The translations under genes were made by a program, and so were the position numbers. This document shows, piece after piece, positions 28,866 through 43,000 of a DNA stretch of 64,000 nucleotides. The DNA is from Tubulanus polymorphus. Lineage: Eukaryota > Animalia > Nemertea. The DNA is taken from contig NC_134025.1 in the NCBI RefSeq assembly GCF_964204645.1, forward strand, positions 13,082,001 through 13,146,000. The letters are read 5' to 3'. The notes beneath the pieces were generated by a model. That model saw only the letters and a program-made list of their open reading frames with translations. It ran no database searches and was not told the DNA's origin. How positions within the stretch are numbered: the stretch's first letter is position 1; every line of letters begins with the position of its first letter.

Positions 28866-30422
28866 CGCACCGTCGGCGGCGCGTAACTCCGCCGTCTAGG
28901 CCTATACCTTTCTAGCTAGATCACAAATCTATACATATATCCTCGATTCGATAAATATACATTACTCTACAACGTGAATTTATGAATTTTCTTTATCTTT
29001 TACAATTCTTTTGTTGATTAATCAAATGATCAGTACGTTTATATAGATATATATCTATTAACTTTGCCTTGCAACCTACGTAGATAAAAGATGAGCGCGA
29101 ATTTTTATGTAGCTTGTATTGGGGTGACGAAGATTTTTGCTAATTATTTAATTTTTCGTAGTTAATATTACAACAAGGAATGAGGACACAGAGTTTTTAA
29201 ACATCCAATAGACGGTACACTGCGCCGAAGTGAGCCCGTTTGGCAGCCAGTCGATCAATCAGTAAATAAATGGACTCGTCCGCCTGCCAGCCATTAGGCT
29301 CCTCCCATTCCCGTGAATGATGGATTACAGGCGTTTTAGTCATTATTAACGCTTCTAACCGCGGCAAGTGAGTGGGATACATAACTAAATTTTAAAAAGT
29401 TTTTCCTGCTTCGCCTTGATTATAATTTATTGCGTTTTGATCCACCACAATAAGTGGCTATCGGACCTTAAAACCAAAGCTGTACCCTATACTCAGTACT
29501 ACCATAAGCCATTTCGCATAGGCCAACCCAGCCTAACGATAACAGATGTACTCAATAAAAAATGAATGAGTTATGTCCAAGAAAGATCACGATTATATCA
29601 ATGATGCTTTTTTAACACATTGTTGATCGCGTCAGGGGATTAATTGAGAACTGGTAAGAGTTGTGGTTTTTGGAATTTCTATAATTTTCAACCTTGTGTA
29701 AGTAAATTATTAGTATGATGATAGCAACATGAGAGAGACCCCATGAAAATGGTTAGGCATAGGTAAAACAGTCGGCTTTTTACGGGCAACAGAGATCACC
29801 TGACCCACTAATTGTGAAACTGCTATCAAAATGTGTAGAAATCTAGCGCTCATGCAAGAATACTTGATAACCAGCAACCATGTTATTTGGGACAATTACA
29901 AGAACAATCAATGTTGTTTTTATAACGAAAATCGGCAAATCAAAACAAACATAATCATCTATAGCCGGGTAATAAATTTGGAAATGAAGTTGGATCGTGT
30001 GAGATGTCGGGATAGTCTGCGGTAAGTCTTGATATTCGCCCGAAGATGGCGCCACTTCACAGAGACATAGCAACGGTGATCACCGCATCCTCGCCCGCCA
30101 GTGTTTGTTTGCTTCTTGCGAGCAATAGAGCCCAAAAATCCTCCTCCCTGCTTTCTCGACATGAAAAAATCCAATCACCAAAGTACTAACTTTTTTGTTC
30201 AGTCAAAATTTTCATTCATTTTATTGCACATACATTATACGAGGTATGTATTGATTTAAGCAGCTGACCAAAACCTTTCAGAAAGAGGGATGCGGGGAAA
30301 ATAATATAGAAACAAATATTTTAATATATTATGCCAACGTATTATAGCATTATTATATTATGTTATTATGATTATTATATCAATCCTCGACCAGAATAAA
30401 CGCAATAATATAAAACAATGTC

Positions 30423-30666
30423 CAGGCACGGATCCAGGGGCCGTGACCCCCCTCCCCGCTCAGCTACCAAGAAGATTCTTTAATCGCTTTCTGGGAGAAA
30501 TGTACTCAAGAGCAAGCGGTAAGCCAGTACCACATGACCGGTAATCATTTTATGTTTGGCCAAACAATATGCCGTATAGGCCCCTATCATTAGAGATTTT
30601 AGTCGGCAGTTTAACATTAAGATTTTTTATGAACCCCCTCCACGAAAAAATCATGGATCCGCGCCG
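30423..30666. mobile_element. MITE with CAGGCRCGGATCCAGG-type terminal inverted repeats
   Basis: caggcacggatccagg at 30423 and catggatccgcgccg at ~30652-30666; TSD not resolved. Confidence 0.55.
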
Positions 30667-31077
30667 ATGTCAAATGTATTTTCACGTCTTGCTATGTCTG
30701 CATGACGATTGTAAGGCTCATGTAATTTTTGTTAAAAATCTTTTTCTTCATGAAATAAATATCGAATGTTTAAAACAATTCAAGCAGTGAGTGGCGAAAT
30801 ATATTATGAGTAGCGTAAAAATGGGGGTACATAAGGGCGCGAAAGGGTTAGCCCCACGCCTCGGCAATTCAATGTTGTTGAATGGAAATATAAGTATGAT
30901 GTCTTGGTATAAATATTTTTGAAGTTCCTGCGCTATGATAACAAGAAGCAATTAAAAGTGACTGGAATACCGACAAATCTGACTCCTCATTTTCCAAATC
31001 AACGCACGCCCTGGTGCAGGCAAAGCACGGCAGAAACGAAAATAAAACCTTGGAGTAATCGGACTGAATACTCCATG

Positions 31078-34000
31078 CTACAACAAATCATTATTCCCAA
31101 CTCTTTTGGCCGTGTGGCCCTTGCCATGGAGTTTAGAGATGACGTTGACGCGGCTCTTGAATTCATCGATATTAGCATAGCACCCCTGAAATTTTGAGAT
31201 GTATTCTCATTATATTCGTGTACGTATATCGAAACAAGCCATAGTAGACTACAAAATTTTTCAATCAATGAGATCAAGATTCTGACATGTTGTCACTTCT
31301 CTCATTTTATTGAACATTCCAAAGAGAAAAAAAGTCACACGTCGAAATTAAAGGTACATTGTATCTATGCGTATACAGTACCTCTAATTGCCTTGAGCCT
31401 CCACCTTTCACCACGAATCCCTTTCTACCGTGCAGTACACGCCGATTGTTGAAACTTAACAAATCACCGGGTCCGAGGCGAAATACCACCTAATAAAACA
31501 GTAGAAATAATTGATATTATTCGTCTATAAGAAGCTGCCGTCTTGGCAACATGTGCGATATTCATTCTATGCCCCGAATTTTAGATTTGCCATTCGTGGG
31601 CCTATAAACCATTAAAAAACTAATTCACTATGCGAGTAACGATTTGCTCGATAGAAACATAAATTTCCCAGTTCATTCGGTCTCCGCATCGTAGCAAGTG
31701 ATTAAAATTTCGCGAAAACGCGTCCCGCGCAAATAATCCCCGCTTTCCAATCACAAGAACAAAATTGCGATCAATCTCACAGTTTCGAGCGATCGCGAAA
31801 AATTCAATAAATGCTCATATTCATACGCGGGTGTTTTCTATGATCTGGTCAGATTATCTGAGATGAAATTGACCTGTCATAAAAATGATAAATGAGCGCT
31901 TTTGATTAGCATTTTGCATTTATATCGTAATTGTAATATACAAGGAGGTTAGCGTGACGGTTGCTAGGGATAAATCTTCCCGCGAATGACACAGCCAAAA
32001 CACGAGATTTTATCGATTTTACAGCCAGCACAGACGACTTCGTAATTTTTCTCGGTAAACTTGAAAGAGTTCTAGGAGCGCCTCCGAATAAATTTCGTTC
32101 TTCTAGCAAGATGCGTACGCGTAATGTTAAAAAATTAACGTAAAAAAATTGGAATTTATCAAACTAAATCTTTCATTCGGTTAAACTAAGGCCACGACGT
32201 AGTAAAAATGCACGAAAAATGCACACGTGAAACTCCGGTGGAAAAGAGTATGTGTATATACATACTGCTAAAATTTTGCATTGACATACGCGGACCTTGG
32301 ACTTAATCAAGTATAATGGTTCGTAACCGCGCAACGCCATCTACGCTTACACCCCAGGCTTCATCCCCGTATAATTCATAAGAATTTACAAAAGTTCTTC
32401 TCTCGCGGCTAGGTTTTATGGTTCATATTTCTAACCATATATATATATGTTTATTCTATAATAAGACAATGGCCAAGACATGAGAACCGTGATTATGAAA
32501 AGCGAGTTGAAATAAAGAATACTAATGCATGAATTTCAAATCATGTATAAGATCTTTGATGTAACTGCAACTGGAAGTGCCCGGATATACATTCAATCAA
32601 AATGATCGTCTAAAAGCTAGGTCGGTCATTAATTTCTACTCTGGAAACGCATCCAATGACCGGCATAAGCTCCAAATAAAATTAAACTCGAATTCCATTG
32701 GGCAATGTCTTAATCAAAACGACATCAATCGCACGAAAAATGCACACGTGGATTATCGTCGCAATCATCTTAATCCTCAAATACGTAATACAATTGGAAA
32801 CGTTTGCGTGACGGGTGCGAAACGGTGATCTCCTGGAAAGATAGTTCTCAGAATTACGGTAGGTGGTGACAGAAGCATATTCAGGATTGACAGTTCGTTT
32901 GCGATAAAGGCCGTACGCGCAGTTTCACCAGACACGATCTTGACATGATCTAGACCCTCAGCTACGTTCTCTAATTTCCCAATTTGCGTAGACAAATTTG
33001 TCTATCTTTATAGGAATTATAGGCCTAGACAGCACATTATTCAAGGAAATCCAGGTAAACGCATCAGAACGATGGATAGTACAATAGCAGATGGTTGTAC
33101 GGAACTTCAAACGAAATATCGTTTTTTCTTACCCGATGAGGAGACTCCTCCAAAAGCTTGGCAAAACAGTTATAAGCCTCGTAGTAGCGCTGTATATCAT
33201 CCTATGCAAAATGAATTAAACAATAAATTGTATAGCGGCTACAATGAGTAAGTTGTAAAATGGTCCTTCCCAAACATCATACCTCTGGTACCATGAGAGG
33301 TCCTTCAAATGGTGGTGCCCAATTTACTTGTATGATCTATAAAAAAAGACAAATGCATATATTTATGTACATAAAAAAACCGCCGCTGAAGATAATGTGA
33401 TGTTCCGATAGATGGCGCATTGTGTGTTAGATAGAACTGTCATTCTTGCTGAAGATGAGATATCTCTCCAGTCACATTTAGATACACTATTTGAATATTG
33501 CAATGACATCCGCCTCACGGTGAATGTTGATAAAACTAGAATATTAGTCTTTGCTCGAAGTAAAAGTAAGATTAAACGAATTTCGAAATTTATCTTCGGT
33601 AATCAGGAGTTAGAGATAGTTGAGGATAATGTGTATCTCGGAGTGAAATTTAGTTGGAATGGTTAATTTCTCTATGATAAAGCTATTGAAGCTATGTATT
33701 CTATTATCCAAAAGGGCAGACGTTTGAAACTTCCAGTAGATGTAATGTTTTAATTATTTGACATGTGTGTCGCTCCCGTTGCGTTGTACGGTTGCGAAAT
33801 CTGGGGATATGAAAACCTTGATTTAATAGAAAACCTCCGCTGTTTATTTTGTAAAATTATCATGAAAGTTACGAAATATTCTCATAACCTACAAGTATTA
33901 GCGGAGTTAGGACGTTATCCTATGTATATCAGCATAAAGCGTAGAATGATTAATTTTTGGGATAAAACGATTTCGTGCAAACAAACTAAACTTAGTTCAA

Positions 34001-37000
34001 TACTCTACAAGATATCTTTTAATTTGTATCTGAATGATAGGTATAAGAGCCCCTGGCTGTTGTATATAAAGAAGATCTTTGATGACTGTGGCCCTTCGTA
34101 TATCTGGACACAACAATCAATGGTAAACTCAAGGACTTCTCAAAAACAATTACACCGTATACTCCGTGACCAGCATGTGCAAGAGACAAAATCTAGCCTA
34201 GATAATAACCCCTTATACATTAATTTTAGGCAATATAAGAAAGGATATTAAATTTAAAAACTACATAAATCGGCTCGATGACGACTTAGTGACCAGTTTA
34301 TTCCAGTTCAGGATTGGGTCTTATCTCTTACCTGTAAATAAATTGTCCATCTACCCATAACTGATAGATGATGCCCCATGCACCTGTAACGTTTTAGGCG
34401 ACGAACTACATTTCATTTTTTGCCGTAGCTTACCGAATTCCGTAAAAACTACTTAAATTCAATTACATTTCGGAACCTTGATGTTCTAAAAAATCCAACT
34501 TTTAAACTGGCTAAATTTATCAAATTAGGTCTAGGTGTATATAGGTCCATTCGGTAGTATGTAAATAGTATGTTGTAAATAACTTTTGTTATGTTTTAAA
34601 ATACTTTTTATTTCCTGTTTTTTTATAAATAATTGTGAATACTGTTTTTCTTCCATATACCATGGAAATGGTTGGGGTGCAATAAGTATTCATATTCGTA
34701 GAACTTGTTCTCAAAATACCCAACGCTATAACATGGCAGTTTTCGCACGAAGTCCGGATAAAACCGATTTCGAAATTCATGTCTGGCAATTAACCCTCTA
34801 GTGCCTCAGCCCTAAAAATGTATAATATTTCTTATTGACCTGTGTTTTCTGCATCCTCTAATTGCATACAACACAAATTCAGTATCAGTTTCAAAAAATT
34901 TGAGAAAAAATTTTCTTCATATTTCAATGAACGTATGTGGACATCAGGCTATAGAGCCAGGTTCTAAAGTTTCAATTTATGACTACAATACCCTGACGCC
35001 ATCTATCATGAAAACTTTGTACTAAGTCAATTTCTGTGGACATCAGGCTTTCCAGGCAATTATTTTGGATACTTTCATAGCTTGCACAGGCAGCTATGAT
35101 TGGAAATATGTTTGTCCACGTGCGTGGACAGGAGGTACTCAAAGGGTTAAGAGTTAGCAGTAGTTGAACATCTGCGGAGTAAACTTTAATTGGAATGGTA
35201 ACTTTGCAAAGGCAGGGAATATTACCGTTACGATAAAGCAATGAGAGCTATGGTTTCGATCGTTCAAAAAGGCAGACGTTGAAAACTTCCGATAGATATT
35301 ATGTTTATGTTTGATATGTGCGTTGCTCCTAATAGCCTGGTGTGAGATCTGGGGGTTTGAAAATCTTGATTTTCTAGAAAATATCATAGAACTCAATGAA
35401 ACTATTCATTGTTTTTTCTATGAAATTTCAATGAAAGTGGCAAAATATTCTCGCTACTTACAAGTATTATCAGAGCTAGAACGTTATCCTTTACGTATAG
35501 ATGTAAGACGCACGATGATTAATTTTTTGGTAAAAACAGTATCTGGAAAGCAGACCAAACTTAATTCAATTCTTTATGAAATATCTTTCAATTTGTTTTA
35601 AGCGATAAATTTAAGAGCCCTTTGCTATCATATATAGATAAAATTTTTTCATGATTGTGGTTCATTCTACATTTGGACGCAATCTATGATAAACAGTAAA
35701 TCGTTTTCAAAACGAATGAAATAGACTTTTCGTGACCAGCACCTTCAAGAAACCGTGTCTGCCATAAATACTAATCCAATATACACTAATTTTACGCAAT
35801 ATGAAAATGATATATGGTTAGACTTAAGTATTGAACTTGAAGATGACTTGGTAACTAGTTATTTGAATTTAGGATCGGGTCTTATATTTCACCTGTGAAA
35901 AGAAATGTCAAAACTTAGTTTAGATAGAGCTGATAGAATATACCCCGCTTGTATTATTCTAGGTGATGAATCCCATTTACTTGATGAACAGCTAAATTAA
36001 ATGGACAAGTTGTATAAAATTGAATATTCAATTCCTCCTGGTAGGGAAGACAAAGAACTGGGTTATCCAAATTCCATATGAAGAGATGTATCCTAGAGAG
36101 TCCTAACAATTTTCAAATATCATGACTACAAATCAAAATCTGTTGATATTTTCTTCAAAAAATATTTTCCCATCTACGAATGAGCAATCATGACACTAAG
36201 ATGGCCGCTGGTTGCGTGACAATCGACTGCTCGAAAAACCCTTCTGATATCCCTTTCAAAAGTACGTAAAGCCATCATAAATTTCAATGAAAAATGGTAA
36301 ATCATTTAATGCTCTAATGCCCATTAGTTGGCTACCTGACCGGGCCAATTATTTAGTTGTGTGTGTCTACGGTAGATAGATGTATAAACCAAATATCTGA
36401 TACTAGTAAAAATGGGTTGGAAAATTATGCGCGACTCCTTAAATGTCAGCCTAATGAATCCCGATTGACCTCTTTCAATTAAAATTCAAGCAATTTTCCT
36501 CCCTCCCCTGAAATAATCCCTTTTTCAACATGCCCCTCAAGCAACATTTCCTCCCAGAAGCCTGGAGAATGTCTAACCCTTTCCCGACGTGCCCCTCTAT
36601 TCCTGGATCCATGCCTTACAATAAATATTTGTTTAGAAATTTGTTCACCCTGTACTGAGAGTGGCTGGTTTGCAGTGCTCTGTATAGGGATCGGTATATA
36701 TGTACATATAATCTATTTTTCATTATTATGTCATGCAAGATTATTGTACAATATAGGAGTTTACATAGTTTTTACATACATAAGATGAGGGGCGCAGTGA
36801 AAGCCTAGGGCTGGGATACAGGACTTAGGTATACAAATGGCTCAGTGAAATTCGCGTCAGATTGGGTCAAACACCCCACACAACTCTGCAGTAGCAGATA
36901 ACACAGTGCACGCATCAAATGCGGGTTACCCTTTTAATTTTTATGCATAGTGGCTGGGATCGAGAGACCGATGCATACCAAGTTACAGTCCGATGCTTAG

Positions 37001-40000
37001 AACTTGTCGAATTGTCTAACTGCTGACCCGAGGGGCTAGTTTTGAAGAACCTGTTGAGTCCAAACGGGCACTTTGATATCCAAAAGGGCAATAAGCGTAC
37101 AACACTGAATTTACGCCAATTATCTTTATTGACAAAATGAAAAAGGACAATCAGAAAAATCTGATGGATGTGTACACGTCCCATAAGTCCCCATGGATCT
37201 GCCGCTGAACTATCTTACGTTTTCTGAGTTTATCCCAGCGAAATAAGCCACCATTGCAGCATTGTACAATACATAACGACGTGGTGTCTAAATCTAATAC
37301 TAAGAGCTTATACGGAGTGACAATAATATATGAAAATGAAAAGGTAACACCGTAGACCCAAACACACGATTGTAAAAAGCAATGAAACTCGGAATAACAA
37401 TAGATGCGCTATAATGAAATGGCCCTAGAATGAAAACTCTTTTGAATTCCATTTGAAAGAGGCGTTTGTATACACAGTTCCTAAAATGTTCGATTTTTTT
37501 TCCAAAATCCTTTTTCAAAAATAACATAATTCAAATTGAGGACCCAGAACTTTTGTGCGTCTGGCAAAAATTTACCACAGTTTTTTTATATCACTGTCGC
37601 AATGTTGAAATTTTGAACAATGAATTTTACAAGTTTCATGCATGAAACACATAATTAGACAGTCACAAGTAAATACGTGGTCCCAATTCTTTATTTTACT
37701 TTAAATTCAATTCAATCAGTTAGTAGCGTCTTAGGAATGTATTACCGGTATCATTGATCTTATTGCATTCCTAAACATAGCGAAGGGTCACATTGTGTAT
37801 TGATTTTTCAATCAACACGTCCAGCAGACTTTCAGTACGCGAGCATGATAAACGGACATGGTTAGCGACAGTTGATGACAGCCTATCAAGGTTCGAGTCC
37901 CATCGATTTCAATCATTGGGTATGTCGTACCCGCAGCTGTCCTCGAATTTCGCTCTATTCTCAACGCTAAAACTAAAAATTTACGTTCATCATTAAAGAA
38001 AAAAAGAAATCTGCAATGAAAGAAAGTTGTGAGGAATTGAGCATCAAATTTTCAAATATTTTCTTGTGAAATGTTACCTTCAGCAAATCCCCACAAAATA
38101 CCGGAGAGTACTTTTCTTTTTTTCAGAATAAAATTTTTTAAATAGATTTTTGTTATATTATTTTTGTAAGTTTGTGGTATAACCTTATTGCGTGCAAATA
38201 TATATTTTCAAATACAAGTTAAAAACTTGATTAGAACTGGCAAAAGTGGTAGAATATACAGAATATGTCAGTTTATTCTGTCCAAAGGTTGTGATGAAGG
38301 CCTACGTTATGAGTTTGATCACCTATTATTGAGTACTTTGAGAATCTTAAAATCTTTTCAAAATTGTGAATATAATTGAACTATTTTCTTACTTTTGTTT
38401 AGAAACGTTCATATAAATGAAAACTATTTTGATGACAATTTATTTCAGCTGTGCTGTTAAATTGAGTGTAAATTACTTAGTTTGAATTAATGCAATCAAT
38501 AGTTCGAATAACAAATATCCGTATTTACCATATCAACTCAAAGCCAGGAACAACGGTATGAAAACGCAGTAATAGGATTTTTAGTGAGCGACGACTCGAC
38601 CTCGATAGCAGTCAAATCGATGACGTCATCCACATTCGCTAACCATGGCCATTTAACACGCTCCGTTTGGAGGAAGTTAAACTGCTAGTTAAAACAAGGA
38701 CTAGAGTCCATGGATGAAACAGCGAAAAAAAAACAAAGTGTCTAAACAAAGGCTAGAAACAAAAAGCTATTACGAAACATTTGCTTTTAAATATATGCGA
38801 TTATCGACGGCTTGTAGAAGCTGATGTTATTCAAGGATATCAGCATCTCGCACAACGTATGACGTATACGTACATGTAATTCGAATAAACATGATCGGGC
38901 CCAATTAGTACGACTTCCGCGAAGTTAAACGAAGTAACGAATATCTGCCAATTATACAGCCAATTATTTATCGGATATATAGGCCTACATACTATAAACG
39001 TACGTATGTCAGATATATTTCAAATTTATTTGCAGTTTAAATCTAGCGCCAGTCTCGCGTGATTACCGACAATCCAAGAAATTCAGTGATAGACTGCAAG
39101 CTGCTCGTTCACTCTGCGGAGTGCTCCGAACACTGTTCGGGATTTCCTGGCTAAACGAGCAGAACCGGACGCCAAGAGATGGCGGTTCAACAAATGCAAA
39201 TGTTATCAATAATTGTTGCAAGTTGGGTAACGTTAAAATCATCCACAAATCAAACCCTTACCCCTCCGGACCCTCTAAACCCTAAACCCAGGGTCCCTGG
39301 GCCCTAAACATTACCCCTCTACGATTCAAAAAGCCGCCATTTTATTTTTTGACAACATTTGTAAAGGGTCGCTATCTTAAACACACTGCCATCTAGCGGA
39401 ATTCTTGTTGCCCCACCAAATTTTTATGGAGTAGCGGAGTAGTGTCTGGAAGAGTCACGTGACCTGTGTTAATGTATTTCTTTGTTCCGTACAGTGTTCG
39501 GAGCACTCATCAATCATCAATAAGCCCACACTTGATGAACCAGTCTAGAAATCCTGCCACACTAGGCCGAGTGCACAGCTACACGCACAGCTTCGATGAT
39601 GTCATTAAACGCCAATCAGAAATCTGTTTTCCATTTGTAGTTCTTCTGTGAAATTTCCTCAGCGATTAGGCTAAAAAAATGATACCTCGTTTCTCCGCAG
39701 CGGCCGGGTCGGAAAAAATCATGCTGAAAATTTGTAAAAATAAAATCTTGGCAGCCGGGTCTCTTCGAACAGCAGGTGTGAATTTAAAAATAAAACCCGG
39801 GGCCTGCCGGGTGAATATAAAACTTAATTTGAGCTGATATTTATTATTTATTTTGCATGATTGGGAGAAATTCATCGGAGCGACACGCGCACCAATCCTC
39901 AGAATCCTCACTCGGTAAAGAAAAGACGTAAAGCGGGGGAGGAGGCAGCAAACTGGGCGATTTCGTCGGGCGACGTAATCGCCGGTGTGTCAGGGTCGGC

Positions 40001-43000
40001 GATTGAGTCAGCCGACGGAATCGCTTGTGTCAGGCTACCGCGGTCGTTCGCCGTATTCATCCGACCATGGACGTATAAACTAGACAATCTAGTTTATACG
40101 TTCACGATCCGACCAATTACGACTCTTCAGCGATTCACGAGATTAATGAAAGGCAATTTCTGTCGACTATTCTCACTCTACGTCGCGCTGCGGACAGACG
40201 GAAGAAGTCAGTTTGGCTTTGGTTTTCCTCGCCGTCAGACGTTCTTTTACGGTTGTGGTGGTTCACAGCTTGGCTTTGTTCTGTGAGGGTGTACTTTTGT
40301 GAACTGTATGTCTTCCTTTGTGCAGTTTGGAGTCTGTCGTCCGGGGTATTCCACTGTGTGTGGAAGTCTAATGTATTTGTTGCCTGCCGTGTGCGGGCTG
40401 GATGGCTGTGTGCGGGCTGGATGGCTGTGTGCCCCGGATTCTACTGTGCGCGGACTAGAGGCTGTGTGCCTCGCAGGATTGTGTGTCCTGTTTACCTGCT
40501 GTGTGCAAGCTGGAGGACTGTGTGCCCCGGAGTCTATACTGTGTGTGGACTAGAGGCTGTGTGCCTCATAGGACTGTGTCCTGTGTGCCTGCTGTGTGCG
40601 GGCTGGAAGGCTGTGTGCCCCGGAGTCTGCTGTGTGTGGACTAGAGGCTGTGTGCCTCGCAGGACTGTGTCCTGTTTGCCTGCTGTGTGCTGGCTGGAAG
40701 GCTGTGTGCCCTGGAGTCTGCTGTGTGTGGACTAGAGGCTGTGTGCCTCGCAGGACTGTCCTGTTGGCTTGCTGTGTGCGGGCTGGAGGGCTGTGTGCCC
40801 CGGAGTCTGTTGTGTGTGAGAAAAGAATGGAAGAATCGTTACGTTTAAAAAAAGAAAACAAATTATAATAAAATCAAGAGTATTAATGAATTATGAATTT
40901 TAGGGCAGAGAAAACTCGAGAGGTCAAGGTTGTTGGTTCTCCATGTATTTCGGTATACTACGTTAGTCCCACTATTGAGATTTATCGGTCGGGGAGTTCG
41001 TCTATCATTTCGGTTTTCTGATCTGTTTCGGTGATTTAATTTAGCGCATTTTCGTTTCCGTGGAGAGTTTAGTCGCACTCAACGCATGATTTATTTTGCT
41101 CCGTTCGTGCGAGACGCGTGACACCCTACATTTATAGTTTATGCGAGCCTTTTGAGTACTCAGATTTTAGCATCTTCTTTGTTTTGTTTATGGCTGGTCA
41201 GCTTCTTTTTGCATTTGCCTTTGTAGTCCTCGGGTCTTACTTGATGATGATCAATGTCTCTTACCGTTTTCGAGGTGGAAATAGCAGATTTGCAAAGGAT
41301 TTGAGCGTCTTAACCTGTTGATTGTTTACGCTGGAGTAAAGTCCCGTAGGGCTTTTTCATATATTCTCAATATTGCTTCTTATCGCTTACTGTTTAGATC
41401 TTTTGTTCAACTCCCTTTTATGGTTTGGGTTTAATATAAATCTATATATCGATAATATGTCATTTGAAAACATTAATATGCAGTCGGTAAGTCATAACTC
41501 GGGTCTTTCCCTGCCATTCTATATCCATATTTGGAAATTTTAATCTTTTTTTATTTAAAAAAAGTTACATAAATTTTTTTTAAATAAAAATAAAATCCTG
41601 CCTGCCGGGTCCACAAATCTTTTTTTATTTTTAAATAAATAAACTGCCTGCCTGCCTGGTCACTTTGGTGGGTAGAGGTGGAGAAACAAGGTATCATTTT
41701 TGTTAAGCCTTATACAGCGAGCATCCTGAGCGCACGTTTTCGCGCAGTAAACCCGTGCATGTACATCCTGCGCACCCGGTCTAGTGCGGCAGGGATTCGT
41801 GCCGTGGCTGAGTGTGGCGATGCCATCAGGGTTCGAATCCCTGCCGGGGGAGGATGCAAACCGACCTAGTGACTAAACCGGACTGGTTTGAATTTACTAT
41901 CCTACTGAATAAAATGTTGCTTCAGGCTTATTTCATTATCGTATTATTAATGAAAACAACGATGATCTGAAATTCCTTTCTAATCAATAGTTCGGTTATA
42001 TATGCTTAATGATTTTGGACCATGAAAACACCTCGAAATACCATTTTAAGAATTGTAAGCTTGTATATTCTTTTGAGTTATCAAAAGGTTTATCTAACAC
42101 GTACTAGTTGAAGCCTTTGGTTACCCGTACCTTGTCAAATTCGTTTGCCTCAAAATGTGGTTTTCTGTATCGCATGGATACCGGGTTGTCTCTAAATAAA
42201 AGAAATGAAATCCAGTAAATTAACGGCTCCAAAAATGGCCCATGTAGAATTTCCAAATTGTTAAGCATCAATACGCATCATTTAATGTTACCAGCATTTC
42301 GCCGTACTATATAAGCATATGATTTAAGTATATTTCTAAGCACCTTTCATAATGAATTTTTTGAAATGTTGCCGGTATTTCGCACAACGCTCTAAAATGC
42401 TGTGGAAAGTTCTTGCGCATTTCATCAGCAACTAGAAAACTATCGAGTAGTTCGGATTCCCCACCTTGTACGTCTTCGTTAAACCTGCGTTATATACAGA
42501 AGTCATTGTTGAATAGCTATATATACATGTCTAAACACCTCATCTAATCTAATAACTTCGTGTCAGTTTAATGAAAAAATTTAACTTTCAAACAGTGGGA
42601 ATTTCATCATTCCATCAAACCACACCATTCAGATGCAAGATTTGAACTTTGCTTTTTCGCATGGAATTATCGCGCTAAGATGGAGATGAGATTAGGAATG
42701 ATTGTTACAACAATCCCCTCAATCTTTATTCTCCAGATTTTGCCTTAATTAATGACATACTTGATACAGTGTAGAAATTGAAGTCCAGGCGCTGACTCGT
42801 AGTATATAAGGTCCATATGTAAGTCCAATCTGATATTAGAGTAGGCAACATTAACTGGTCTATCAGTGTCCTCAACTACAAAGTTCTGAAATTCCAAGTG
42901 AAAGAATTTTCTATCATGATAAGAAGGAGAAAATGAAGATGTGTAGTAACAGAAATTGCCGGAGAACACGCTTTTTCGAGTTCAATGTATAAATAGAACT

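Larger units (their letters stand above)
39669..41709. mobile_element. 2-kb non-autonomous TIR DNA transposon, 3-bp TTA TSD, GG termini (PIF/Harbinger-, ISL2EU- or Zator-like)
   Basis: TTA|GGCTAAAAAAATGATACCTCGTTTCTCC ... GGAGAAACAAGGTATCATTTTTGTTAAGCC|TTA. Confidence 0.8.

Noticed and set aside
37851-37905. tRNA gene (also B-box strings near 41830, 47845 and 60957)
   Set aside because: B-box is present but no complete cloverleaf can be drawn; SINE or MITE remnants.
40253-40868. Cys-rich ORFs in several frames
   Set aside because: Artefacts of the CTGTGTGC tandem array inside a non-autonomous transposon.
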